Source: Candidatus Hydrogenedentota bacterium
GTDB taxonomy: Bacteria; Hydrogenedentota; Hydrogenedentia; Hydrogenedentales; SLHB01
DNA: 64,000 bases
Reading direction: 5' to 3'
Assembly (NCBI GenBank): GCA_045863335.1
Contig: BTVY01000007.1
Span: forward strand, 105,932-169,931
The first letter of the stretch is position 1. Each line of letters starts with the position of its first letter. The notes beneath the pieces are model-generated. The model was not told where the DNA came from, did not search any database, and saw only the letters and a program-made list of their open reading frames with translations. Positions 18,901 through 27,222 of the stretch are shown here, in pieces. The translations under genes were made by a program, and so were the position numbers.

Positions 18901-20299
18901 TGCCGTACTCGTCGTGGGTGGTGGTATCGGCGGTCTCCGCGCGGCGTTAGACCTCGCGCATGCGGGCGCGCGCGTCGTTCTTGTGGAAAACAAGGCAACC
19001 GTCGGCGGCAAGCTTGCCGCACTATTGGAAGAGGGACGGACGGCCCTGGACCTGCCCGAGGGCGCGTGGCTACCCACCCTGGCGCAAGTGGAAGCCAGTT
19101 CGCAGATCGAGATCCTCACGCTTTCCGAGGTGGTCGCGCTGTCCGGCGAACCCGGCGAGTTTGCGGTGACCATCCGCTCCCGTTCCCGCTTCGTGAGCGA
19201 CGTCTGCGACCATTGCAGCGTCTGTAAGCAGGTCTGCCCTGTCGTGCGTCCGAATGAATACGATGCCGGTCTCTCCTTTCGGAAAGCCATCTTCAGTCCC
19301 TTGAAGAGTCCGGTGCCGTCTTCGTTCGTCATCGATATCGACAGTTGCTTGAACGACCCGCCGAACTACATACCCTGTCAGCGTTGCGTAGAGAATTGCC
19401 ATGTAAGCGCGATCAGTTTCGACACGCCACTGGAGCGGACGATTACGCGGGACGTGGGAAGCGTCGTGTTGGCGGCGGGCTTCGACCTGGACGGCGAGAA
19501 GGCGCTCGTAAGGTTCGGATACGGCAAACACCCCGACGTGGTGACGTCGCTCGAATTGGAGCGGCTCTTCGCGGCGTCGGGCGCGACCGGCGGGTACGTG
19601 GAGCGGCCCTCCGACGAGCGCGATCCGGAACGGGTGCTGATTGCGATAGCCGATCCCACGGACTTCACCTGGACCTACACGGCCCGGCACGCGAAGCGCA
19701 TGCTGGATCAAGCGCTGGAACACGTGACCATTGCGTACGAATCGCCTGCCTCCAGCGGCAAAGGTCCGTCGTCGTTCCTTCCCGGTTCGGTACGGGAGAA
19801 GACACGGCTCGTTCATGCGACGGTCGAATCCGTCAATCCAGACTCGGGCGGCGCATTGCTGGTGACCATGCGGGATGGAAGAACGGGCTCCGTTGTGAGT
19901 GAAGCGTTTGATCTCGTCGTAGTCGCGACGGCCGTACAACCACCAAGGAGTATGCCGACCGTATCAGACGCGTTGGGGGTTCGTCTTGGGCCGGACGGGT
20001 TTGTCCGAACAACGGAAAAGGATGGCGCACGCGTGGTAACCAGCCGCCCCGGCGTTTACGCTTGCGGGTGCGTGACCGGTCCGAAAAACATTCACGAGAC
20101 GCTGACGGAAGCGGCGGCGGCTGTGGAACAAGCGTTTCAACACGCGCGGCGTGGCACGCGGCGGGCAGGTCCGCCAAAGCCCGAACTGGAGCCTTCGGGC
20201 AATGGGATATCGGAAGATGCCTTGCGTCAGCGGATGGGGCAAGTGGTCGAAACGCTAATCTCCATGGGCGAAAAGCGCCTCACCAACGGGAACTCCTGA
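18893..20299 (+). CDS. Truncated/degenerate heterodisulfide reductase subunit A-like FAD/Fe-S protein
   Basis: GGGIGG FAD loop, inserted ferredoxin (CDHCSVCKQVCP; C...CQRCVENC), GYGKHPDVVTSLELERL..ASG.TGG..RPSD, and GVYACG...GPKNI, all HdrA hallmarks. Confidence 0.85.
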   Translation: MSDAVLVVGGGIGGLRAALDLAHAGARVVLVENKATVGGKLAALLEEGRTALDLPEGAWLPTLAQVEASSQIEILTLSEVVALSGEPGEFAVTIRSRSRFVSDVCDHCSVCKQVCPVVRPNEYDAGLSFRKAIFSPLKSPVPSSFVIDIDSCLNDPPNYIPCQRCVENCHVSAISFDTPLERTITRDVGSVVLAAGFDLDGEKALVRFGYGKHPDVVTSLELERLFAASGATGGYVERPSDERDPERVLIAIADPTDFTWTYTARHAKRMLDQALEHVTIAYESPASSGKGPSSFLPGSVREKTRLVHATVESVNPDSGGALLVTMRDGRTGSVVSEAFDLVVVATAVQPPRSMPTVSDALGVRLGPDGFVRTTEKDGARVVTSRPGVYACGCVTGPKNIHETLTEAAAAVEQAFQHARRGTRRAGPPKPELEPSGNGISEDALRQRMGQVVETLISMGEKRLTNGNS

Positions 20300-20304
20300 C
20301 GCGG

Positions 20305-20643
20305 TCAAACCTCGTCCAGCGAATCCAGCATGGCCCGGATCTGATTTTCCATCCGGTCGAGGAGGTCGACCACTTCTTTGCGTGTCTTCGGACGCCCCTC
20401 CCCTTTCAACTCTTGGGCAAGCCGTACGCGCGCGCCTTCGGTGGAAAGCTTTTCGTGCCGCAACAATTGCTTGATGCGCCGCACGATCTCGATGTCGCCG
20501 GAGCGGTAGTATCGGCGATTCGCACGATCGCGCCTCGGTTTGAGCTGAGGAAATCGGCTTTCCCACTGGCGAAGGATATAATCCGGCACGTCGGTTAACT
20601 CGCTGACCTCGCGAATGCTGTATCGTTTTTCGGGATGTTCCAT
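20305..20643 (-). CDS. MerR family transcriptional regulator
   Basis: YSIREVSELTDVPDYILRQWESRFPQLKP...RRYY. Start placed at MEHPEK because the longer ORF reads through a repeat. Confidence 0.9.
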   Translation of the reverse strand: MEHPEKRYSIREVSELTDVPDYILRQWESRFPQLKPRRDRANRRYYRSGDIEIVRRIKQLLRHEKLSTEGARVRLAQELKGEGRPKTRKEVVDLLDRMENQIRAMLDSLDEV

Positions 20644-20679
20644 GTTCTGACCAAGTCTGGTTCTACTACCAAACGCGTA

Positions 20680-20924
20680 AGAACATCCCCCTTGATCCCC
20701 CTTCAAAGGGGGAAAAGCCCACAACGCTCCGCGTTGCGAAGAGCGCGGATCGCAATCTCGGAATTCCCGTTCACCGTCTTCAAAATGGGAATTGAGGAGC
20801 GCGCTCCGCGTGCTCTCTTCTTCGGGTCGCTCGGCGCGCGACGAATTGTCATAGCGCGGTCTTTCGATCCCTCGATCGGGGGACGGCAGATTCCCCGTTT
20901 GAAGGGGGATCAAGGGGGATGTTC
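20680..20924. repeat. REP doublet / MITE-like element with ~35-bp inverted arms (CCCCCTT family, copy 1)
   Basis: AGAACATCCCCCTTGATCCCCCTTCAAAGGGGGAA (20680-20714) and a near-perfect reverse complement at 20891-20924. Confidence 0.9.
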
Positions 20925-20967
20925 AATTGTACTCTCGAGCGTGCCGGCGCAACGTTGCCAGCCCCGA

Positions 20968-21855
20968 TCACGCGCCGAGCCAATCCTGCGGCTTCAGGTA
21001 GACCTCCGTCAACTCGGCTTCGGGCGTGCCCGGTTCGGGGCGCCAATCGTAGCGCCACTTCGCGACAGCCGGCATGGACATGAGGATCGACTCGATGCGG
21101 CCGCCGGACTGCAATCCGAACAGGGTGCCCCGATCGTACACGAGGTTGAACTCCACGTAGCGCGATCGCCGGTAACATTGAAAATCGCGCTGCGCGTCCG
21201 TGTACGGCGCGTCGCGATGGCGCTCGATCAGAGGCCGGTACAATGACGGAAAGGCGTTGCCCAAGGCACAGACAAATTCGAAGTTCTTCTCCGCGTCGTG
21301 CCGGAGGTGATCGAAGAATAGCCCTCCCACTCCGCGCGTTTCGTTCCGGTGCCGGATGAAGAAGTACTCGTCGCAGGCCTTTTTATGTGTTACATAGTCT
21401 TCACCGCAAGCATCGCAGAGTTGCTTCAACTCGCGGTGGAAGGCAACCACGTCTTCGCGTACCGGATAGTACGGCGTCAGGTCGACGCCGCCGCCGAACC
21501 ACCACAGGTCACCCGCCTCGAAATAGCGCACGTTCAGGTGGATCGTGGGCACATGCGGGTTCCAGGGGTGTATGACCAGACTGACGCCGGTGGCCACGAA
21601 GGGAGTGTCCGGCGCGATATTGAATTGCGTCGCGGCGGACGCGGGAAGACTCTCGCCATGGATGGCGGAAAAATTGACGCCGCCCTTTTCGATCAGCGGG
21701 CCGCCTTCCCACACGCGCGTGATGCCGCCACCGAAGCCCTTCTCGTAGGACCACCGGTCCTCGCGGTACGCTGAGCTGTCTGCCTCGACCAGAAAGCTCG
21801 CGATGCGATCTTGTATGTCGCGAAAAGCGGCCTCGATCGCATCAACGCCCGGCAC
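20968..21855 (-). CDS. hemF: Oxygen-dependent coproporphyrinogen III oxidase
   Basis: EKGGVNFS, GVSLVIHPWNPHVPTIHLNVRYF, WFGGGVDLTPYY, RGVGGLFFD, YVEFNLVYDRGTLFGLQSGGRIESILMS. Confidence 0.97.
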   Translation of the reverse strand: MPGVDAIEAAFRDIQDRIASFLVEADSSAYREDRWSYEKGFGGGITRVWEGGPLIEKGGVNFSAIHGESLPASAATQFNIAPDTPFVATGVSLVIHPWNPHVPTIHLNVRYFEAGDLWWFGGGVDLTPYYPVREDVVAFHRELKQLCDACGEDYVTHKKACDEYFFIRHRNETRGVGGLFFDHLRHDAEKNFEFVCALGNAFPSLYRPLIERHRDAPYTDAQRDFQCYRRSRYVEFNLVYDRGTLFGLQSGGRIESILMSMPAVAKWRYDWRPEPGTPEAELTEVYLKPQDWLGA

Positions 21856-21857
21856 GG

Positions 21858-23675
21858 CTACTCCGCGTTGTTATTCTTGGTGACGGTGTAAACAGTCAAG
21901 TCCTCCAACCCGCTATCGCGACGTCGGAAGATGAATTTGCCCGCCACATAGCCGATGACAAACATCAAGGCGTGCCCGAGGAATCCGACGTAGTAATTGT
22001 GAATGTACTGCGGAATTCCGTCGATCTGGCTGGACAGTGCACAGTACAGCGTGAAGCACAACGTTAACGAGATACCGAGCAACATGGCGCGGTCGTCAGC
22101 GACCTTGGTGAAGAAGCCGAGCATGTAGAACCCAAGCAGGCCGCCCGCAGTCAGTGCGGTCAGTACGGTCGCAGTGTCCTGCAACGTTGTGGTCTGGACG
22201 GTCATGAGGATGGTCGCGCCGACGATCATGATTACGGCAACCGCAACGCCAATAAGCTTCGCCACGAGCGTATAGTGCGCGTCATCCCGTTCGACTGCGA
22301 TGTGGCGGCGGTACACGTCCACCACGCCGACAGCGGAAATGGCATTCATGCTCGACGAAATGCTCGACATGGCGGCGGACAAGACCGCGGCGATTACGAG
22401 CCCGGTGAGTCCACGCGGCAGATAGTGGACGACGAAGTACGGCAGGATGGATTCCGCCTTCGCGCCGTTCGCGCCGGTATAGATCTCCATCGCCGTTTCG
22501 GTCGGAGCGTGAAGGAAGAATACGTAGAGTCCGGATCCCAGGAGCATAAAGAGCGCCCACGTGGGTACGCTGAACGCCGTACAGACGAACATGGCTATCC
22601 GCGCTTCCTTCATACTCTTGGAAGCGGCGTAACGCTGGATAACGTTTTGGTTGGCGCTGTATTCATAGAGCCAGTTTCCGAGCCCCATGATGAGAATAAG
22701 CAGGAACGTCTTGTTTCCCAGATCGCCCAGCGATGTCGGCAACGATTTGATGGGTTCCAGCCGCACTTCGCGCACACGGGTAACCTCTTCGGTCACTTCT
22801 GGATTCTCGATCGAGGCCACCTGTTCCTTTACCAAGGCGAAGACATGGGGAGGATCCGCGATTTCGCGAATAACCACGAGGTCGTCTGGATTCCCGTCGT
22901 CTTCTTCAAAGGCGACCCGTTCATAGCCGTGCGCAGCGGGATTCTCAAACAGCGCCAACGTTTCCGCGGGGATCGCTTCGCCTTCGTTAATGGTTGCGAC
23001 GATATCCGCGTGGTGGCTCATCTTGTCTTCTTCCCAAGCCTTGGAAACGATTTCGCCCATGCCGCCGGGTACGTTTGCGATGACGACGAACATGGCGATC
23101 AAGCCGCCAATCCAGAGCACCATGGCCTGGATGAAATCGGTCCACAACACGGCGCGAATTCCGCCGAGCACGGTATAGAACGACGTGACAATCCCGCCGA
23201 CGAGAATGCAGACATAAGGGTTCCACCCCAATATGGCCTCGACGAGCAAGGACACGAGAAACAGGATCAATGCGACGCGGATAGCCTGTCCCACAATAAA
23301 TGCGCAGGCGGCGTATAAACGCGTCTTGGGGCCGAAACGTTCCTCAAGATACTCGTAGGCGGACGTGATGTGGGAACGGCGGAAGAACGGAAGAAAGAAA
23401 TACGCAGCGAATAACACGACAAAGGGAAGCACGTAGTTGGGCGTCATGCGGTACCAGGCCGCCTTGTACGCGTCGCCGGGGTAGGCCACGAAGGTGATGG
23501 AACTGATGGACGTGGCGAACATGGAAAACCCGACCAGCCAGCCGGGAAAGGATCGATCGCCGAGAAAGTACCCCTCGGTGGTGCGTGATTTGCTCGCGAA
23601 CAGCGGCCCCATGGCCGCCATGGCCCCGAAATACGCGAACAACACGATGAAATCTACAGTGGTGAACCCTTCCAT
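21858..23675 (-). CDS. Sodium:solute symporter (SSS family)
   Basis: YFLGDRS, SAYEYLEERFG, GGIRAVLWTD, NQNVIQRY, SAAMSSISSSMNA. Confidence 0.93.
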   Translation of the reverse strand: MEGFTTVDFIVLFAYFGAMAAMGPLFASKSRTTEGYFLGDRSFPGWLVGFSMFATSISSITFVAYPGDAYKAAWYRMTPNYVLPFVVLFAAYFFLPFFRRSHITSAYEYLEERFGPKTRLYAACAFIVGQAIRVALILFLVSLLVEAILGWNPYVCILVGGIVTSFYTVLGGIRAVLWTDFIQAMVLWIGGLIAMFVVIANVPGGMGEIVSKAWEEDKMSHHADIVATINEGEAIPAETLALFENPAAHGYERVAFEEDDGNPDDLVVIREIADPPHVFALVKEQVASIENPEVTEEVTRVREVRLEPIKSLPTSLGDLGNKTFLLILIMGLGNWLYEYSANQNVIQRYAASKSMKEARIAMFVCTAFSVPTWALFMLLGSGLYVFFLHAPTETAMEIYTGANGAKAESILPYFVVHYLPRGLTGLVIAAVLSAAMSSISSSMNAISAVGVVDVYRRHIAVERDDAHYTLVAKLIGVAVAVIMIVGATILMTVQTTTLQDTATVLTALTAGGLLGFYMLGFFTKVADDRAMLLGISLTLCFTLYCALSSQIDGIPQYIHNYYVGFLGHALMFVIGYVAGKFIFRRRDSGLEDLTVYTVTKNNNAE

Positions 23676-23789
23676 ACTACCCCCCGCCCGTTGAGGTGTT
23701 CGTGGTCATGTCGGCGATAAACCCTAGCAGGTTGCCCCCAAGGGTTCAAGACAACGCACGTTTTTCATTCAACATACTTCACGTAATCT

Positions 23790-24932
23790 TCAACCGGTGT
23801 TCAGCGACTCGAATACGTCGAGCAGTTTCCGCTCGTCGTGGTTCCAGTTGTACGTAGACTCCACGGCGCGACGGCCGTTCTCGCCCAGTTGGATTGCCAG
23901 CGCTTCTTCGCGCAGCAATTGGAGAATCGCGTCGGCAATCGCTTCCGGCTTTGAAACGTCGACCAGGAGCGCGCAATCTGAACCCCGGATGATGTGGGCG
24001 ACTTCAATGGCGAATTCCGGCGCGATGAACGGCACGCCTTCGCGCATGTAATCGAACATCTTGTGCGGCATGGCGAGCGTATGGTTCATGGGACCGGGTT
24101 GGAATAGGATGAGACCTACTTTCGCCACCGCGATGTATGGGGGCACCTGCTCGAAAGGGATCTCGTCGTACATGTCGATATTGGGATCGAGCCCCGCGTC
24201 CGTGACCGCCTTGCGAAACGCCGCTTCGTCGCCATAGATGTAGTGGCCGAGCAAGATGCACTTGATGTCCGGCACTTCGCGCACGAGGATCTTCATGGCA
24301 TCGAGCAACTGGTACGAACCGCGCACATCGCCAAACAGTCCCTGGTGAATGATCGTAGGCCGTCCTGCATACTTTTCGCGCAACTCCTCGGGGATCTCGG
24401 CGCAGGGCGGTTGGAGGTGATTGGTATTAAGGACGACCGTTCGCGGAACACGTAAGCCCCGGTAAGGTTCCTCCAGACAATTCTTCGTCAGGATCACGCG
24501 ATCGGTGAACCGCGCCATAAGCCGCATGGCGCGGACCGTCAACCATTGCACAAAGCCGCGCAAGGGACCCGGAAACTTGTCGGCGAATTTGGATGGCACG
24601 TGCTCGTGCTGATCGAAGACGACCTTGCGCCCTGTGAACAGCTTGATGAGCAGGCCCGACACCCACGTTTCGGGTTCAACGCAGAGATACGCGTCGGCTT
24701 TCGCGCGCATGCCGCGGGGCACGATGCGCAGGGATGCGATGAAACGGCGAACCAGCCCCTTTGCCACGGGCGTCGTTTCAATGCGGACGCCGTCCATCAC
24801 TTCCGGCAGCGGATCGTCCGACGGCACGATGGACAGGACCTCGTGACCGGCGGCCACGAGACTCTTGGCTTCCTTGTGAAACACCCGCTTGTCGTTGGGC
24901 GTGTGAATCACTTGCAAAATGCAGATTTTCAT
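23790..24932 (-). CDS. Glycosyltransferase family 4
   Basis: HTPNDKRVFHKEAKSL, FDQHE, PHKMFDYMREGVPFI, YNWNHDERKL. Confidence 0.9.
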   Translation of the reverse strand: MKICILQVIHTPNDKRVFHKEAKSLVAAGHEVLSIVPSDDPLPEVMDGVRIETTPVAKGLVRRFIASLRIVPRGMRAKADAYLCVEPETWVSGLLIKLFTGRKVVFDQHEHVPSKFADKFPGPLRGFVQWLTVRAMRLMARFTDRVILTKNCLEEPYRGLRVPRTVVLNTNHLQPPCAEIPEELREKYAGRPTIIHQGLFGDVRGSYQLLDAMKILVREVPDIKCILLGHYIYGDEAAFRKAVTDAGLDPNIDMYDEIPFEQVPPYIAVAKVGLILFQPGPMNHTLAMPHKMFDYMREGVPFIAPEFAIEVAHIIRGSDCALLVDVSKPEAIADAILQLLREEALAIQLGENGRRAVESTYNWNHDERKLLDVFESLNTG

Positions 24933-24936
24933 CGGG

Positions 24937-27078
24937 TCAGGACTGCGCCGCAGCGCATTGCCGCATGGCTTCCTGAGCGATCCGCGTGGCGCGCAAACCG
25001 TGCGCGGCCGTCACGCTCAATTCCGCCTCGCCGCGAATGGCCATGATCCAGTTCTCCAGCACTTCATACTGGCCCTTGTGCTCTCCCGTCTGCTTCTGGT
25101 TCTTCGCGCTGAACCCAGCGTAGCGGATCCCGCGGAAGTCGTCGATGGCGATCGCCTTGCCACTGCCGAAAACTTCGATGTGCTCCTTGTCCAGACCGGG
25201 GTGGCCGAGACAGCAATACAAGACCGTCGCGAGCGACCCATCCGCGAATCTGAGAATCGTCGAAAGATTGTTACTGTCCGGCAGCGTCTCGCTGGATGAA
25301 TCGAGGTGGTCCGCCTTGATGGAAACGGGATCCTGATTCGCGAACCAGCAGCACAGATCGAAGAAGTGCACCGCCTCGCCCACGATGCGGCCGCCGCCTT
25401 CGACGGGGTCGTTGGTCCAATGATTTGGAGGCAGTGCGCCCGCGTTGCAGCGATAGAGGATCATCTTGGGTCCGGCAACGTGCTTCAACGCGTCTTTCGC
25501 CAACTGGGAGAACTTGGAGAAGCGCCGGTTGAACCCGACGGACAACAGTACGCCCGCCTTCTCGACCGCCGCGCAAACGGTTTCGCAATCCGCCACGGTA
25601 ATGGCAAGCGGCTTTTCCACAAACACGTGTTTCCCCGCTTCCGCGGCACGGATGGCGAGCGCAGCATGGAGGTTGTGTCGTGTCGTGATGACGACGGCGT
25701 TCACCTTGTCATCGGCAAGCACTTCGTTAACATCGGTGGTGCAATATTGGGCGCCGTGTTTTTCCGCGGCCTGTTTGGCTTTGCTGCCGGTGCGATTGAC
25801 GACCGCCACGAGGCGCGCTCCGGGAATCTTCACCGTATTGGGCAGATGGAACGCGCTGGCAAATCCGCCCGCGCCGATCACGGCCACGCCGACTTCACCC
25901 GTCCCGCCGGCATGGGCCTTGACAGCCAGCTTCCGCAGGCTCGGCATGGCCGCCGTCGATTCGTCGGCGCCGTAGGACAACACGGCCGCGATGGCGTTAG
26001 AATCTTTGTTGAGAATGGTGCCGTAGGCCGTCTCGGCTTCGTCGACGGGTTTGCGCACGGAAATCAGGGGTTTCACGCGCACTTTACATTCGGCGATCAT
26101 GCGCAGGAACTCGCCCATATTGCGGCCTTCTGTCCAACGGACGTAGCCGATGGGATAGTCGAGCCCTTTCTCTTCGTACGCGGGATGGTAGCGGCCGGGG
26201 CCGTAGGAGCAGGACAAGCGGAAATCGAGTTCCTTCATGTACATGGATTCGCGGGCCAACTGCATGCCCACCGCGCCCACGATGGCGACGCGCCCTTTCT
26301 GGCGGCACAGATCCAGGGCGGAATTGGCGACCTCGCTTCCCTTGCTCGCCGCGCAGACGATGACCCCGTCCGCGCCGTAGCCCCCCGTCCACTCGTTGAC
26401 CACGCCCGCCAGATCGCCCGGCGCGCTCACGGCATCCGCGCCGAGTTCCAGCGCGAGCGCGCGCTTCTCCTCGATGGGATCGGAGCAGATGACCCGGCAA
26501 CCCGCGGCGCGGAGAATCTGGGCAGCAATCTGGCCAAGCAAGCCCAGGCCCATGACAATGAACGTTTCGCCAAAGGTGGGAAACAACTGCCGGCAGCCCT
26601 GCATGGCGATGGCGCCGAGGGTAACGAAAGCCGCTTCCTCGGTTTCGACCCCATCCGGGATGGGCGTCAGCAACTGCTGCGGCACGAGGTTGTACTCCGC
26701 GTGACTGGCGTAGCCGACACCGGAACAGGCGACCCGGTCGCCAACGCGAAAGCCTTCCAAGCCCTCGCCGCATTCGACGATGACCCCCGCCGTGCTGTAG
26801 CCGGGCGCCTGAAATTCGAAGAGCTTGCTCTTCACGATGTCGATGGTGCCGCGAATGCCGACGCTGGCGATCTTGCGCTTCACTTTCTCCACGTTGAGCG
26901 GGTCGCGGGCCTTCTTCATCACAAACGACGCGGTTCCGCCTTCGGATACGAAGCCGGACTCGGTGCCCGAGCTGATAACCGAATGGCACACCCGTACCAG
27001 TGCATGGCCCGGCGCGGCGCTGGGCGGCGGGACTTCTTCAATCTGGACGTTGCCGCCCTTGACTAGAACCTGCTTCAT
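24937..27078 (-). CDS. Bi-domain oxidoreductase (Zn-ADH-like fused to Gfo/Idh/MocA), typical of polysaccharide loci
   Basis: SVISSGTE, GYSTAG, SCSYGPGRY...YVRWTEGRNM, then HVFVEKPLA, GFNRRFS, GGRIVGEAVHFFD. Start at MKQVLVK. Confidence 0.92.
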   Translation of the reverse strand: MKQVLVKGGNVQIEEVPPPSAAPGHALVRVCHSVISSGTESGFVSEGGTASFVMKKARDPLNVEKVKRKIASVGIRGTIDIVKSKLFEFQAPGYSTAGVIVECGEGLEGFRVGDRVACSGVGYASHAEYNLVPQQLLTPIPDGVETEEAAFVTLGAIAMQGCRQLFPTFGETFIVMGLGLLGQIAAQILRAAGCRVICSDPIEEKRALALELGADAVSAPGDLAGVVNEWTGGYGADGVIVCAASKGSEVANSALDLCRQKGRVAIVGAVGMQLARESMYMKELDFRLSCSYGPGRYHPAYEEKGLDYPIGYVRWTEGRNMGEFLRMIAECKVRVKPLISVRKPVDEAETAYGTILNKDSNAIAAVLSYGADESTAAMPSLRKLAVKAHAGGTGEVGVAVIGAGGFASAFHLPNTVKIPGARLVAVVNRTGSKAKQAAEKHGAQYCTTDVNEVLADDKVNAVVITTRHNLHAALAIRAAEAGKHVFVEKPLAITVADCETVCAAVEKAGVLLSVGFNRRFSKFSQLAKDALKHVAGPKMILYRCNAGALPPNHWTNDPVEGGGRIVGEAVHFFDLCCWFANQDPVSIKADHLDSSSETLPDSNNLSTILRFADGSLATVLYCCLGHPGLDKEHIEVFGSGKAIAIDDFRGIRYAGFSAKNQKQTGEHKGQYEVLENWIMAIRGEAELSVTAAHGLRATRIAQEAMRQCAAAQS

Positions 27079-27222
27079 GTTGGAACTTCCCCACGTGGAA
27101 GGATAGGTCTCCCGCGCATGCAATTGCGCGGGTACTCATTCGGGGTAGTGTACAAACCAAGCGCGACCGAGGGCAACCACGGGCTTGTCTGAGGGCGTAC
27201 TGCACGGCCCCAGTGTCGAAGG

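Noticed and set aside
20644-20913. N-terminal extension of MerR in the ORF track (202 aa)
   Set aside because: It reads through the CCCCCTT repeat (PPLKGDQGGCS recurs in several spurious ORFs). The MerR domain begins at MEHPEK.
25306-27066. Other long antisense or alternate-frame ORFs (also 10518..12158, 29300..30829, 38418..39737, 41354..42955, 60354..62075)
   Set aside because: Each overlaps a well-supported gene and gives R/G/A/P-rich sequence with no recognisable motifs.
27129-27142. GGTACTCATTC match to the 58178/60532 inverted ends
   Set aside because: Only 11 nt, lacks the ATAGC part and has no partner. Compatible with chance.
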